From NCBI GenBank assembly GCA_964016885.1, contig OZ024745.1, positions 117,490,001 to 117,554,000 on the forward strand: 64,000 nt of DNA, read 5' to 3'. Of the stretch, positions 13,031 through 27,087 are shown in pieces (within the stretch, counting starts at the first letter, position 1; every line of letters begins with the position of its first letter). Both the position numbers and the translations under genes were made by a program. The notes under the pieces are model-generated. The model ran no database searches and was not told the origin of the DNA. It saw only the letters and a program-made list of their open reading frames with translations. The stretch comes from Eledone cirrhosa. Lineage: Eukaryota.

Positions 13031-13580
13031 GTACTCATTTCATTAACAATCTACATCATACCCCAGGAAGAGTTTTATTTACATTCTTCAATGGCTTTTC
13101 ATTTTGAAAACTACATCCTTAAAAAAGAATCTTGCTTTAGCTGTCTAGTTGGTTATACTCAAACATTAAATTGATTCAAATAGTTTCTCTTTCTGTTAAC
13201 TCCTTCAATTATATTCAAATTCCTAATCTGTTGTTACATGTTCATACCATCTCATTCGTTTGAGATGTTTGGTGGAGCTGGACTGCTGACAGTGAAGTTC
13301 TTGTCATCATTAGTGGCTTACATTATCAAGGTGTCAGGTGATATCTGTAAGGGTGCCTGGTTTTTTCAATACCTTAGCCTCACCACCACCCACAGTAATA
13401 CTGTGAATGTGTTGGCTTCCCTCAAAAATCCCCGTTGACCCTTGAGGTCTGTGGCTGATTGTCACACTTGGTGGTCAATTGATGGTCTTTTTGTGTTTCT
13501 TTTTTTCTCTTACTTTGATCATATATTTTTGTGCATTATATTTGTGAGATTCCTAGCAATAATTAATTGTATTTATTATC

Positions 13581-13767
13581 GGTGGATTGGCAGTATCGGT
13601 AGAGGTTCGGACGCCATGCTTTGACGCATAGAGTTACGGCCCTTGCCATTCAGAGTTCAAATCCCGCCGAGGTTAACTTTGCCATTCATCCTTACGGGGT
13701 CGATAAAATAAAGTACCAGTAATGTACTGGGTAATTTCTGGCCTTGTGCCAATAGTAGAAACAATTA
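13581..13767 (+). mobile_element. SINE family A copy
   Basis: Full head, core and tail. Confidence 0.88.
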
Positions 13768-14396
13768 TGTTTATATTTCATTCTGTAAAAATTAGAAACA
13801 ATTTATAATGTTATTTAATTTATATGAATAAAATAAAATTAATCTCATTTCTTTTTAAAATATCTTACCACCCTATTCATATTCACCTTATACACAATTT
13901 CCTCAATATTACATGTTATTGGATCCATTTTAGTATTAAAAAACTCAACTATACTAATGCCAACTGCTTAAGTGTAACATTCTTTACTCTTTAGAATAGT
14001 AATTTTGCTTAGGAAAAAAAACCATTATTTTTCAGTGCTTTGATATATCAAAATTATTTTCCAGATTTTGGAGTTATCTATGTATTATCTAAGATTAAAA
14101 GATAGCAAGAAGAAAATATTTTAAATCTTTTTTTTTTCATTTCTTTCACTTTAGTTTGCTGATTTCTACAAAATCCTACAAAAAGAAATGTGTTCAGTGT
14201 AGTAAGAAAGTAGCTGTACAACGAATAACAATTTGTTAAAAATTGACTTTCCCCTCCACCAAAATTGCTGGCCTTGTGCCTAAATCAGAAACTATTATAT
14301 ATCTGTACCAATACAGTTTTCTCCTTTGCACATAATATCTGATTTCTCTTATACACAGTTTTTTCTATCAACTTCTCAGTGCTCCATCATTTATAT

Positions 14397-14687
14397 CAGG
14401 CATGGTCAACCTTTTTTGAGAAGCGGGCCATATGAGATATGGCTCATCATCAGGTGAGCCGCAAGCGCCAATTTACATTCGTGCCCACATTTAAAAAAAA
14501 GGCGGTAACTCAGGTTGTTTTGATTTGTTTCTTCAGAATTCGTACACGTTGTTTTCCTCAATCGTAAAAATGATAGAAAGATAAATTACGACTGAAAAGT
14601 TTGGGTAAAAAAGTCAGAAAGATTTCACTTAGCTGACTTAAGCGGGCCATTCAGAAAGCTTAGCGGGCCGCAGGTTGCCCATGACTG
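14397..14687. mobile_element. hAT-type MITE
   Basis: TIR CAGGCATGGTCAACCT / AGGTTGCCCATGACTG, GCGGGCC subterminal repeats, 8-bp TSD ATTTATAT/ATTTATAC. Confidence 0.85.
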
Positions 14688-15005
14688 ATTTATACACTCT
14701 AACTTTACATAAATGCTGGCTGGTTCTGTAATGTTACAGTAACAGAAAAACGGAAAGGAACATTTATCTTCAATGCGTGATTTAAAATTGATGTTCCAAA
14801 CCCATATCCCTATTTTTTCTATATTTACTAAAATAAATTTTTATTTTTATTTTGTTTGTTTTTATGATACTTAATTTCTATTTCTCTTAAGATTTTGAAA
14901 GAAAATCTTAAAAAGTTATTCCTTTGAATTGTAATACTTTAATTTTTTTTAATAGTAAAATAAAACTATTTAACTTTACTTTTAATCTTTTTTTTTTATT
15001 TTCAG

Positions 15006-15146
15006 AACAAATTTCTTAGTTTGTTATTAGCTTTTAAAACAGATAAACAAACACTTAATCAACGCTTACAAATACAAAAGAATTCCAGGGATTTAGCTGA
15101 AGAAAATGTAGAAAAAGAACTAAGGTGCTTAAGAGAAGCATCTGAG
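15006..15146 (+). CDS. IRAG/LRMP: IRAG/LRMP coiled-coil exon (NKFLSLLLAFKTDKQTLNQRLQIQKNSRDLAEENVEKELRCLREASE)
   Basis: Long polyT-cag acceptor, GAG|gtatgt donor, 141 nt open; SRDLAEEN and F-L-x-L-x-L-x-F-K-x-D match my recollection of LRMP/MRVI1. Confidence 0.92.
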
Positions 15147-15158
15147 GTATGTTGATGT

Positions 15159-15242
15159 TTCTTCTTCTTCTTCTTCTTCTTCTTCTTCTTCTTCTTCTTC
15201 TTCTTCTTCTTCTTCTTCTTCTTCTCCTTCTCCTTCTCCTTC
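15159..15242. repeat. (TTC)n microsatellite 13 nt after an exon donor
   Basis: Directly visible. Confidence 0.95.
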
Positions 15243-15784
15243 TTTTTCTATTTTTTTTTCTTCAGTTGATTGCTATTTGGCTCTTGTATGTATTCATTCC
15301 CTAATTTCATTAAGAAACATCTAAATTCAATGTTCAATGAGATATCAATGAAAACAAAACCTTGTCTAACACCTTTCTACAATCTCAATTCTTCCTTAAA
15401 AACATTATTGATCCCGATATTATTTCTAATCCCATGAACTATTTATCTCACCTGGTTGTCATTTTTTTCCCTATAGTTTTGTTTCCATTGTTTTATAATA
15501 AACTATTTAAAGGTTAGTCTGAATATGTCACTAAAAAGAGTCCAACTGTATTGTTGTCTCCATATTAACTCTTACCATCTTACAACAATTTCAGAGAAAA
15601 TCCCTAAAAACAGTTTGTTAATTCAAATGTTTATAGTATCTTTACTAGTGCATAGATCTTTGTGAAAGTTTATAATGTCAGACTAATGGTTTTTCTATTT
15701 AATGTGATGTAGTCAATTATACTAAAAAATAATGCTTCATATACACTGTTGTTTATTTATTACATAAATATTTATTACATATGA

Positions 15785-16060
15785 CAAAAGTGAGCGCCCA
15801 GTCGACACTGTAAAGTCGTTGTGTAGGTGTCTTGACAAAAAGCACCCAGGCCATGATGTAAAGTGGTTGTGTAGGCGACACAGCAAAAAGCACCCACCAC
15901 ACACTGTAAATGTGGTTGGCATTAGGAAGGGCATCCAGATGCCAAAATCTGTTCGGTGTGAGCGAATTACGGTCCCCCGACCTGATTCCTCACAAAGGGA
16001 CAGCCCGTCCTACCCATGCTAGCGTGGAAGATGAAAATTAAACGACAATGATGATGATAA
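15785..16060 (+). mobile_element. RTE 3' UTR fragment
   Basis: Three CACTGTAAA-type units, AGGAAGGGCATCCA, CCATGCTAGC, (TGA)n tail. Confidence 0.8.
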
Positions 16061-16166
16061 TAAATACTGATATATCTTACATTAGAAATTTCAGTACTGT
16101 TTTGTACTTTTGCAGAATGATATATTGCTGCATTTTCCTGCAGTAAAGGACTTAAAAAGTTAAATA

Positions 16167-16518
16167 CTCTCTGGTCTCGAATAATCATCCCCCTCCACAT
16201 ATTAATTTTTTGGATTTTTTCCAACCCCCTACTCTTTTTTCCAACCCCATCTCTTATCAAAGTTTGCTAATTTCCAGCGGAATTTTAATTCAAGTGGTGG
16301 CATTCCTGTTATAATTAATTTTCTGTTGACATTAAAAAACATCATACATGGCAAAAAAAACAAAACATTACAAAAAATCCCATATGTTATAAAATAAATA
16401 GAATGTGTTCGAGTCTCAATATGTAAACTAAATTACTAATTCGGTTATTTTTAAAAATTCAACAGACAACCTAGAAAAATTACTAATTCTCTCTTCCCTA
16501 TTATTTGGGACCTGATAG
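16167..16518. mobile_element. Tc1/pogo-like MITE
   Basis: TA-CTCTCTGGTCTCGAATAAT ... ATTATTTGGGACCTGATAG-TA imperfect TIRs. Confidence 0.6.
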
Positions 16519-16689
16519 TAGCCAAATTTTAATTAGATGAAACCAAATTTTAAATTTCTGACTGTTAAATAATGTGTTTAAGTTTTCTAAATATTGTCAC
16601 TGATACTGCCAATCCACCGCCATATTTTTAAAAATCGTGGCGTAGCCAATCCATCAGCGTTTTATGGCCTAAGGAGTAAAATTGTGTGA

Positions 16690-17500
16690 GAAACTTGATA
16701 CAACATAGAGGATCTCCTATGTTAACAAAACTAAGCCAAAGCTACTACTAAGCAGTATATAACATTGAGTCAATTACCTGACAGAATGGTGGCCTATTTT
16801 TTATCAATGCTCTGGGTGGAACAAGTAGAATCTTCTTGATAAACCTATTGTCTAAAATTTAACAAGACCAAAAATAGCTTTAGTGGTTGCTCCATTTAGA
16901 ATTGCTACCATACTTTTACCTGGAGGTCAGACAACTCATTGTGCTTTCAAATTGAATGTAGGCCTGTTTCAATGAAATGTCCATGTATCATATAAAGAAG
17001 GACTCAGGAGCTGCCCAAGTATTGCAAAGATGTGTGGCAATTTTGGGGGATAAATGCACAATGGCACACAGACATGCATTGGAGACCTCTGACAGTACAC
17101 TGTAAGATATCTGGATCAGCACAACAATCACTGTCATTTTATCAGGGGTCTTCCCACAAACTTTACCTGTGATTTCAAGTTGAAGCTTGCCTAAAATCGT
17201 CAACCTTATGGCCACATATCACCAAACTCAATTTAAGAACCAGCATGCAGGCGCAACTTCACGGTGTCAACATTTATGCAGAGTTTACTTGAAAGCTTTT
17301 GAAATCTCGTCAAGGCGAAGGATGTTTTGATCCTTCATCATTTTGTACTGTTGTGGAAAGCGTTGATAGCTTAATTAATCAAGTGTTCCCTAATTTCAAA
17401 ATTCACCATTCCAACGAGGAGTGACTGTGTGAAAGAGCAACCCTTGAAATACCAACATTATTTTTGTTTCCACCAATGCCATTGTTGAAAGTATGCTAAC
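16690..17500 (+). mobile_element. Decayed Helitron PIF1-helicase fragment
   Basis: Translates with frameshifts as FINALGGTSRIFLINLL, IALVVA..IATILLPGGQTTHCAFKL and LINQVFPN..LCERA, resembling Helitron DAPGGTGKTFL / LLPGGRTAHS. Confidence 0.75.
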
Positions 17501-17549
17501 AATATTTTAACCCTTGTTGCCTGAAATATCATCCATGACTTCCATTCCA

Positions 17550-17746
17550 TTAACACTTTAGCATTCCCATTACTCTATTATATTTTCACAGTAAAGGCTT
17601 TACCTCACATAATATCGAATCTATGAGATTTTGATATTATTTATTTTGAAAACAATACATTAACATCAGTATGAGCAGCCAGTTTGAACAGAAAGATGTG
17701 AGAGATCTCTGGCTAGATATGGCTGGTTTAAATGCTAAAGAGTTAA
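17550..17746 (-). mobile_element. piggyBac-like MITE (TTAA-CCCTTTAGCATT family)
   Basis: Degenerate TIRs; body matches copies at 33712, 46597, 52144 and 55446. Confidence 0.75.
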
Positions 17747-18884
17747 AGCTGTAAAACTATAAAAATATCTTTGCTGAATCTTTACACCATTAGGATCTGA
17801 CATGCTCTTCATAACTAGCCAATGAGCATCTTATTAGAATGCATAAACAGATGAAGCTTGTATAGACTTTGAATAAAATCAATGAAAGATATAGCTTCTA
17901 GAAAACATTCAACTGTACAATTACCAAAAGAATGAAAATTGTGTTGAACACCAGATGTAGTCTTTGCAAGCTTTTGCTTTTGTTTATATACTTTAATACA
18001 GTTGATAATTCAAAAGGCTTAGAACTGGAAGTACATCAGATTTCAGAATGATTGTACATTTGCATCTATAAATATGCCGGCTTGGAGATAGGATATAAGT
18101 CTGAACATATTATTGATTTGCATATCATAATACAGCTTATACTGTGAAGATAGTATGTATAATTTTGGGACTAGTCCAGTTTCGCACAACATGTATGTAA
18201 CAGATTCATTATAAGAACATTTTATTATCATCATCATAACCATTTTTGACGTTTGCTGATACACCTTTTTTCCCATTCAACGGGTTTGGGTTGGACTGTT
18301 TTCTGTAGTTAAAAATATGGTGAAAGCAGAAATTCATTGCTTAAACTTTTAATCTGTACTAATAATAAATATTTGCTCTACAGGTTTATATATATATACA
18401 ACACTTATCGAGTCCTCTTTGGATTTTGGTCTCTGTATTTATTATTACTTGTAAAGTGATCGTATAGGAGACACGGTAAAAAAGCTCCCAGTCCACACTG
18501 TAAAAGTGGTTGGTATTAGGAAGGGCATCCAGCCATAGAAAACCTGCCAGAGACACTTTCGTACAAGCGAGACATGGTCCCCCGATCAATCCTGCATCAA
18601 ATGGAACAAAACCGTCTAACCCATGCTAACGTGGAAGATGGACATTAGACGACGATGATGATAATATACATATATATATATATATATATATTTCATTTCA
18701 TTTCATTTTACGTCCGCTTTTTCCCTGCTTGCAAGGGGGGGACGGGAACTGATTCTGGCTTGATTTCTACAGCTGGATGCCCTTCCTAACACCAACCTCA
18801 TTTACAGTGAGTGCTGGGTACTTTTTTCCATGGCACCTCCACGACCACTTTGCAGTGGAATGATATGGACCCCAGTCCCTATCA

Positions 18885-19028
18885 TCTCATTTCTACAGCT
18901 GAGTAAACTGGAGCAATGTGAAATAAAGTGTCTTGCTCAAGGAAACAACACATCACCCGGTCTGAGAATTGAACTCACAACCTTTCGATTGCAAGGCCAA
19001 TGCTCTAACCACTAAGCCATGTGCCTCC
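18885..19028 (-). mobile_element. tRNA-derived SINE family B (V-SINE-like domain)
   Basis: Reverse complement has TGGCTTAGTGG, GAGTTCAATTC and CCTTGAGCAAGACACTTTATTTCAC. Confidence 0.8.
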
Positions 19029-20664
19029 TTATATTATATATAGATTTCATCAACGTGATCGTTATCAACAACATTTTCTTTTAAAATATATCTGTGCAAA
19101 GTTTCATTTTTTTTTAATATGAATTATTAAGAAAGTCCAGGATTAGCTTATTTTAATAATATCCAATATCCTCAATTTAGTGAACCTTGTAGCAATAACA
19201 TGTATCATTGTCTCATCAAGTGCATGTGTGCGTTGATGAACTGGCTGGCTGTTCCTGGTTAGGGCGATCTACTGCCAGAACAGAACTGACACCAGTTCTA
19301 TAGACCAGTTGTCATTCTACCCCTCTACGATTATTCTATCTCAAGTTGACTAGGCAAATACACTTGGATGTGCACATAGATGTACACATAGATATAAACA
19401 CTCCCTAATCCAGATATCTATACACACAATCACTCCTTGTGAAAGGAATGAACTGTGAATTGTAAACATTTTCAACACTGTCTCCGTATACAGGGAAACA
19501 TAGAAATTATTATCATGCCTGTATTTCAGATGTTATTATGTCCTTAGCAGAGAATAACTACCTCTTTGATTCCATGAACAGAGAAATATTGCTATATATA
19601 TGTCACAACAAAAAGCACCTAATACACACTGTAAATGTGGTTGGCATTAGGAAGGGTATCTAACCATAGAAACCAAGCCAAAATCAGTTCTGTATGAGCA
19701 AGACATGGTCATCTGACCTGGCTTGTCTCACAACAGGACAACTCGTCTAACCCATGCTAGTGTTGAAAAATGGACGTTAAAGGGTGATGATGATGATGTT
19801 ATTTCAGATTCAAGAAAATTTGAAATGCAACCATAAGACAAATCTATGTTTTTCTGTGTATAGAAAAATAGTTGAAAGTTCACTCTTTTTACAGCTAAAG
19901 CTTCTAAAAAGTGTTAGTTATATCTGCCTTAAGTTGACCATAAACCTTCAAATATATGCTGTTTTCTTGCATAACTATTTATATATTTCATTTGTATTCT
20001 CTATAATTAAATAATTATGTAATTAGTGTGTAAGCCGATCTGATTAATTTATACTTTTTAAAGATAGCTAGTCATTACTAAAGTGCTGAATTCTATTGTT
20101 TTAAATGTTATTCTTGAAGCTGTTTTCCTCATTAGGTTACCATTATCTGGTTATGCTTTTTTTTTTTTTTTTTTTACATATATAAAATGTCATAGTATAA
20201 GGAAACGTAGTTAGTATTCGTGATGTATACATATATATCATACTGAAAACACTTTTTGCTTTGTACAGTTTGCTTATCAGCAATATCCAGAAACATCCTG
20301 TTCTGATTTTAAGCTTGAAGTAACTAGTCTTAAAGTAAAATATTGTATTTAATTTTGGTGCAGTTTATTTTTTTCTTTGGACTTACGGTTTTTTAAATAT
20401 TTTTATATTAACACTGAGATGCTAGAAGATTTGAATGACATTATTGACACACACTTGTCTGTTTTGCTTGCTTAGATCTTATATTATTTAAAAATAATTT
20501 ATATGTAAATTCACATTGTAAATACACATAATAAACAAAAATATAGAATGCATTTCTTTATGCTAGAATATAGAAATAGATTTCTGTTACTAATTCAAAT
20601 TCAGTAATCTCATAAAACCAAATTTCTGCTACTTTCTATATATGAAATTGCCTTATAATAAATC

Positions 20665-21320
20665 ACCATCATCGTTTAACATCCATTTTCCACGTTAACA
20701 TGGGTAGGGCGAACTGTCCTTTTGTGAGAGATCAGGTCGGAGGACCATGTTTCGCTTACACAGAACTGATTTTATATGGCTGGATGTCCTTCCTAACGCC
20801 AACCACATTACAGTGTGGACTGGGGGCTTTTTGTCGTGACACCTACATGACCACTTTGCAGTGTGGACTGGGGGCTTTTTGTTGTGACACCTACATGACC
20901 ACTTTGTAGTGTGGACTGGGTGTTTTTTGTCGTGACAACTTCACGACCACTTTATAGTGTGGGCTGGGCACTTTTGTCATGGCTCCAGAGGGACCATTTT
21001 ATGGTGTGGGTTGAGGACATAGGTATAGGAGTGGGGTGATAACAGCAAGGGAGGTGTATGGTAGGGGAAGGTGTTGCCTACTAGATATAAGCCTCAGCTC
21101 GAGCATATGGGATGGCAGGTTGTCTGTAATACTGCTTAGCGCCAGAGATCATGGTCTTGTGTTATCGTCTTAGCGAGGTGTTATTGGGCAAAGTCAACTT
21201 TTATTATCTCATCCCAAGTCTTCCTAGGCCTGCCCACTCTATGGCTACTGTCAACTTTGAGTGTTCTGCACCTTTTTATACAGCTGTCGTCCTTCATATG
21301 CATCACATGACCATACCATG
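20665..21320 (-). mobile_element. RTE 3' end with about five 49-bp UTR units
   Basis: WYGHVM remnant near 21300, tandem CACTTT.CAGTGTGG units, tail motif. Confidence 0.8.
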
Positions 21321-22781
21321 CTGAAATATAAAGGTCTTGTAAAAATTATTTAGTTTGAAAATCCTCACCAATATAATATGAATAATGTTTTCCCTACTTT
21401 ATGTAGGGATAATCTTATATCTTATTAATGAGGACTGTTTTTTTTATTTCTCTTTGCCTACTTGCTGTCACTGGCTATTTTTGCCGGGATTTATCTCACT
21501 TCTTGCTTGATTTACTTCCTTCTCTCACCATGTATCATATCAACAATAGCTATTTTCGCCAGGACTTGCTCTCCCTTCTTCTCTCACTTTCCTTCTTACT
21601 CTACTAGAGTTTCAACCAAAGCTAACCCATTTCATTTCATTCTGTCACTGTCTAAACCAACAAGTATGTAGCCCTCCAACGCCATTTCTACGCCCGTCTA
21701 TAATTTATTATTTATATAAACAAGGTTAACTTTGCCTTTCATCCTTACGGGGTCAATAAAATAAAGTACCAGTAATGCACTGGATAATTGCTGGCCTTGT
21801 GCCAAAAGTAGAAACAATTATTTATACAAACAACAGCTCTATCCTCTCATATATATATATATTTCATGCTTTCTATCCTTTTCCATGTATTTATCTGATG
21901 CTGCCTATAAATGCCGAACCATTCACTACACTATTTCAGTATCATATCAACAATGGCTACAGGAATCAAGTGTCACAAGATGTGTATGGTTAGTTAAATG
22001 TGCAGTGTTAAGCTATAAAATATATCAACACTTTTGATACCAAACCAACTGAAACTGCTCTGGTTTTTATGATACAAAACACATTTTAAAATATTCATAG
22101 TTTATATTAAAAACTTCAGGATGATCACAGTTGGAAAACCAGGAAGTTTTTAATACATTTTAAGGTGCAGTTGCTCTCATTATAGATAGATGTGTGTGTG
22201 TATCCTTTGCTGAGTTTTCTTCAAAGTTTTTTATTTTGTCTTGATAGAAAAGTATATATTTAACAAATGGAAACATCTAAAACAGCAGAATAGATATTTA
22301 TAATAAACTATGTTAGAGAAGGCATGTGGCGTAGTGGTTAGAGAGTTGAATTCATAATGAGGTGAGTTCAATTCCTGGATGAGGTGATGTGTTATGTCCT
22401 TGAGCAAGACAGTTTATTTCACGTTGTTGATGAGTTCTATTCCACAAAGTAAGTGAATGTGGTCTGAATCTGACAACTCTGCCAATTTTCTGTCAAGTGC
22501 ATCATCATTCATAGTCATCTCAGCACAATATTTGCTGATTCTGAAATGATTAACTCATTAGCATTTACATTACTTTATGTTTACATAATATCGAATCTAT
22601 GAGATTTTGATATTATTTATTTTGAAAAGAATACCTTAACGTCAGTATGAGTGGCTGGTTTTAGCCGGTTTGAACAGAAAGAGTTGAGAGAAAAGTGGCA
22701 GGCAAAGAACACTATACTGGAACATACCCCAATACTCACATGCACGCATGCACACACATATAAAACATTCACACACACACA

Positions 22782-22817
<36 letters not shown>

Positions 22818-23154
22818 CGAGTAATTGTCATCTGGTGAGTGTTTGAATGAAGTTATGTTTCCACTCTTCGTTTTTTTTATGAATGAAATATAGATATATG
22901 AAAATATATATTCCTTTTTTCAAATTCCTTTCTTTCTTTTTTCTTAAATTGCTTCTTTCTTTATAGTGTTTGAGCGTGAGAAGTATTATGAACTGTTTTA
23001 GATAAATGCAGGTGTAGTGAATACATTTATTTTTAAAATGTATTTCCATATGTTTATTTGTTAATTTTTATTTATTTGCCTATTGCCACCTATAGTTACA
23101 AACATACTACTTACTACTACTACTACTAAATTCATCCACTTCTTTGGGGTGACA

Positions 23155-23340
23155 TTGGATGACAGTATCGGTAGAGGGTCTGACGCCATGCTTTGCAGAA
23201 AAGAGTTACGGCCCTTGCCATTCTGAGTTCAAATCCCGCCGAGGTTAACTTTGCCTTTCATCCTTATGGGGTCGATAAAATAAAGTACCAGTAATGCACT
23301 TGGATAATTGCTGGCCTTGTGCCAAAAGTAGAAACAATTA
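23155..23340 (+). mobile_element. SINE family A copy
   Basis: Head, core and tail; partial copies also at 7359-7462, 21721-21820, 26560-26730 and 35750-35900. Confidence 0.85.
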
Positions 23341-24769
23341 TAAAACCTTTCCATTTTACATAATCAAGCATTAACTGCCTCAGTTCTTCACCAGATAATT
23401 CTGAATCTTCCTCAAAGACTCTCTTTAATGTCTTGAGAAGTCTTCCGCATTTGCGTTTCACATTAACTGGCTCCCATAGTAAAAGTTTTGTAGCCGGTTT
23501 GTTGCCTGTCATGAGTGACATAATCTACAAGTTAAAGACACCTGACCCAGATGGTATGGTTAATAGGCAGGAGGTTGCTGTATAGAATTAGGTATCACAG
23601 GAGAGTAGAAGGGGGATAAGCAGTTTGACCATGCAAAAATCCACTTTTTGCTGAATTATTTTCATGTCAAAATACTTTTTTTTTCGGTGGACAATTATGT
23701 ATCATGGCAGATCCCCTCAATCAACTTCGCATTTCCATACATTTACAACATTTGTCCCGTTTTTGTTTTTGACAGCTGAACAATAGCGCTAATTCTAGTT
23801 CAATGCACTGGTGCACTATAACTCAATTTGTGTTGAAAATAATGTAGTCACAATGAGGATTTTTTTTTGCTTTAATTTGATATAAAAATCAAAGGTGATA
23901 GATAGTTCAGATTATCGTTATGAAATATAAAAGGGAAAATTTTATACCATAAGAAAAAGACAAATTTCTCAAAAATTCAATACAGACATTGTTGATTCTG
24001 GCCACGGGATGACAAAGTCAATAAAAAGAGGAATACTTTGGATGTTTGTAACACATATTGACGCTATTTGTTGAAATGGTGTATTCACGAACGGCAAGAG
24101 CTGAGACAGAACACAGATTCAAGACTTAACATATCTAGTTTGAGCCAGAATTTCAAGAAATGGATGAACTAATTGCTAAATAAACATATTTTTACAAAAT
24201 TATGCACTAAATTGAGCTACATAAGTCTTCTAGAGCCCAACATTAGTAAACAGTCCTGTTATAAAGTGTTAGTGATATTTATCAATAAAATTATTCAATT
24301 TTATTTAATTATTAATGAAATTTTCTCAGAATTGCATGTAGACCTAGATTAAAAAAATAAACAAAATGGGAAAACTATTTCCTTGCATTAATAACATCTG
24401 TAAGGAAACTATTCAGAAGGAGAGAAATAAAAAATAACAAAAAAAATCAACTCTACTTGTGAAAATGTAAACAGTGGTAGAAATTATCCAACTATTCAAA
24501 ATCAGAAAAAAACAAAACCTCTCATTGGGCTTCAATAGTCTGCAAAATAATATTCATTGCACAATATAATTTTTATTGACAAAATTTGACCAATATTTCT
24601 TAAAAGAAAACAAAGATTCTGACCAAAATTATTATGAAATCATATTGAGAATGTTGTTTATTCTCTCTTGCTGTTTTAACAGGTGGATAATCTAACTATT
24701 GTTTTTATGGTTATGTTAGATTGTCACACCTGATCTAATGAGTTCACAGCAGACCATGTTTGTACTATC

Positions 24770-26190
24770 CTGTTATTTATATCATTTGACCAGTTGGTGT
24801 ATGTACCAAGGTATTTGATATCTACTTGAGAACAGTATTACTTAATGATTTGATGTTTGTTGCTTGATCTGAGTTGATGGTCATGTATTTGGTTTTGTTG
24901 TCATTTAGAAAGAGTCCCATAGCTTGAGTAGAAAATTCTAGCTTGTGTAACAAATCCTCTGCCTTACTTAGTGAATCTGCTAATAAGACAATGTCATCAA
25001 CAAATTCCATATCAGCCTATAGCGATTATTTGTATGGTCGTGTTGGTGTGTTGATGTTATTGTGGTGTTGATTTGTTTCTTGCGAGCATGCTCACTTGTA
25101 GATTGCTGTGTGGTGTGGTCACTGTTGTGTGACCAGAGGTTGCATGTGTGCAGTTAAGTAAGTGTTCAATAAGGTGATATGATAGTTCCTTGATCACGCA
25201 GAAAATGAATATATATAAATGAACCACGATGACACCAAACCGATATATTATTAATTTATTGAAAATAGCATACACCGGAGTTATACTAAAAATACACGGG
25301 AATTATGTACGTTATTTGTTTGTTTGTAAAAGTAGGATTAAATTATATTTACCAAGAAAACTTCATGAACTTCACTGGCTTGGTTAAGAGAGAGACCAAT
25401 AGATAGAGATTAAATGAAAGAGAGAGAGAGTAAGAGTCTGTAAGACCAGGAGAGAGAGAAAGTAGGAGTCTCTAGACCCCAAGAGATCTGTAGAAAGCAA
25501 ATGTTTTACATCATTACTCTATCAGGAACTGCTCCGAACTGCTTTTTTCTTGGTCAAAGACAGGCTATTTATATCTGTCGCTCCCTCTATCCCCTGCCTT
25601 GAGAACCACAGGGGTGACCTCAAGAGATCGCCAATGCACAGACATGTTTACGTCAAAAAGTGACCATTGAATGTCACCCAGGGGTCAAGGTGTGGACAGA
25701 TTTCGCTACAAACCTACACTTCAAAATCATCAATAGCAACACGTAGAGCATAATAAAGTACGATGATAAATAAATATATGACGTGATCACCTTGAAGTAC
25801 ATCTGTAACTACCTGAAGGAAGTCAGTTTCTTCTTCCGCTGTCAGTACCGTAGCAAGATTATTTTTTCTACATGATCCTGATTCCATTAATGAGTTGAGA
25901 AATACCATCGGCAAGTAGAACTTCAAATATATGTTCATGGTTAATGCTATCAAAAACTTTTCAAAAGTTTGTAAAGTTCAATACAGCTGCTTTTTGATAA
26001 TTTCTTACTTGTTCGATCAGATGTCGGTGGGCCATAATCTGTGATGATGTAAAATCTATATGATTTAAATATATTTTGGTTTGGGCGTAGGATTTTTTGA
26101 TTTCCAGTTGAAGCCCGTTCAAGATAAGGCGATTATAAATTTTGACAGCCACCTGTGTCAGACTTATTCCACGATAATTGTCAGGTGGAT
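24770..26190 (-). mobile_element. Second RTE-like LINE family, RT remnant split by an insertion
   Basis: NYRGISLTQVAVKIYNRLIL, VLQGD and EFVDDIVLL motifs; likely 3' piece (KLLLWEP) at 23345-23520. Confidence 0.75.
25055..25710 (-). mobile_element. Solo-LTR-like insertion
   Basis: TG...CA ends, TATAAATA and AATAAA on the minus strand, interrupts the RT between VLQGD and FVDD; TSD not found. Confidence 0.45.
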
Positions 26191-26955
26191 AATAAACACA
26201 ACCACAAGGATATGGTCTGAACATGGAAGAGCCGAACCCCCCCACTGTCATCGCCTCCATCTCTCTGTATGGGGAGCAAATGGGGTCCCACGTGCTGGCC
26301 TCCCCACAGCCCCGCGAACAGAATGGAGAAGGTGTTTCCCCAGAGGATGGTAAGGGAAATGCACTGGGAGATGTGTCTGGTTTACAAACATTTACTCCCC
26401 AAATGCCCATCATATAACAAGTAACATTCTAGTTACACTATAAAACATTAGAATTTTTTAAATATGTACAATACAAAATTGATAAATAAGCAGAAATGTA
26501 TTATATAGAAGAAAACAAAGCTCAGTGCAAATGGATACAAAGACATCATCTTAACCCTTTCGGTAGAGGGTTGGACACCATGCTTTCTAGCATAGTTACG
26601 TCCCTTTACAGTCTGAGTTCAAATCCCACCGAGGTTAACTTTGCCTTTCATCCTTACGGGGTCGATAAAATAAAGTACCAGTAATGTACTGGGTAATTGC
26701 TGGCCTTGTGCCTAAAGTAGAAACAATTATAATCTATATCTTTCCATTCTGACATAGGTTACAGTAACTGTCCTTAAAATGTGTTAGTTTCTTTATTATT
26801 CTACATTATCTTGTCTGTAGATCAGTATTCACATATCTAGTTTACCACTCCTTTTTTTTCATTTAACAGGTACACTCTATCATGATGATTCCATTTGTTA
26901 TCATAATATGCATAAATCTTTATTTTTAAATGTTAAAATTCTCATTGAATTTCAG

Positions 26956-27087
26956 TCTTTGTTGCAACTTTCAAATGATTCCCAACTTCGAGATGCCGTG
27001 AAAAATATCCAACATTATATAGATGTCTTGGAACAAGCTGTTGCTCGGATTTCTGGACGAGCAGAAGTTTTTGGTGCTGTTCAACAG
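26956..27087 (+). CDS. IRAG/LRMP: IRAG/LRMP coiled-coil exon (SLLQLSNDSQLRDAVKNIQHYIDVLEQAVARISGRAEVFGAVQQ)
   Basis: tttcag acceptor, CAG|gttagt donor, 132 nt; ARISGRAEVFGAVQQ resembles LRMP ARVASRAEMLGAINQ. Confidence 0.93.

Noticed and set aside
23700-24250. Possible DNA transposase remnant
   Set aside because: Too decayed; no motif I can assign reliably
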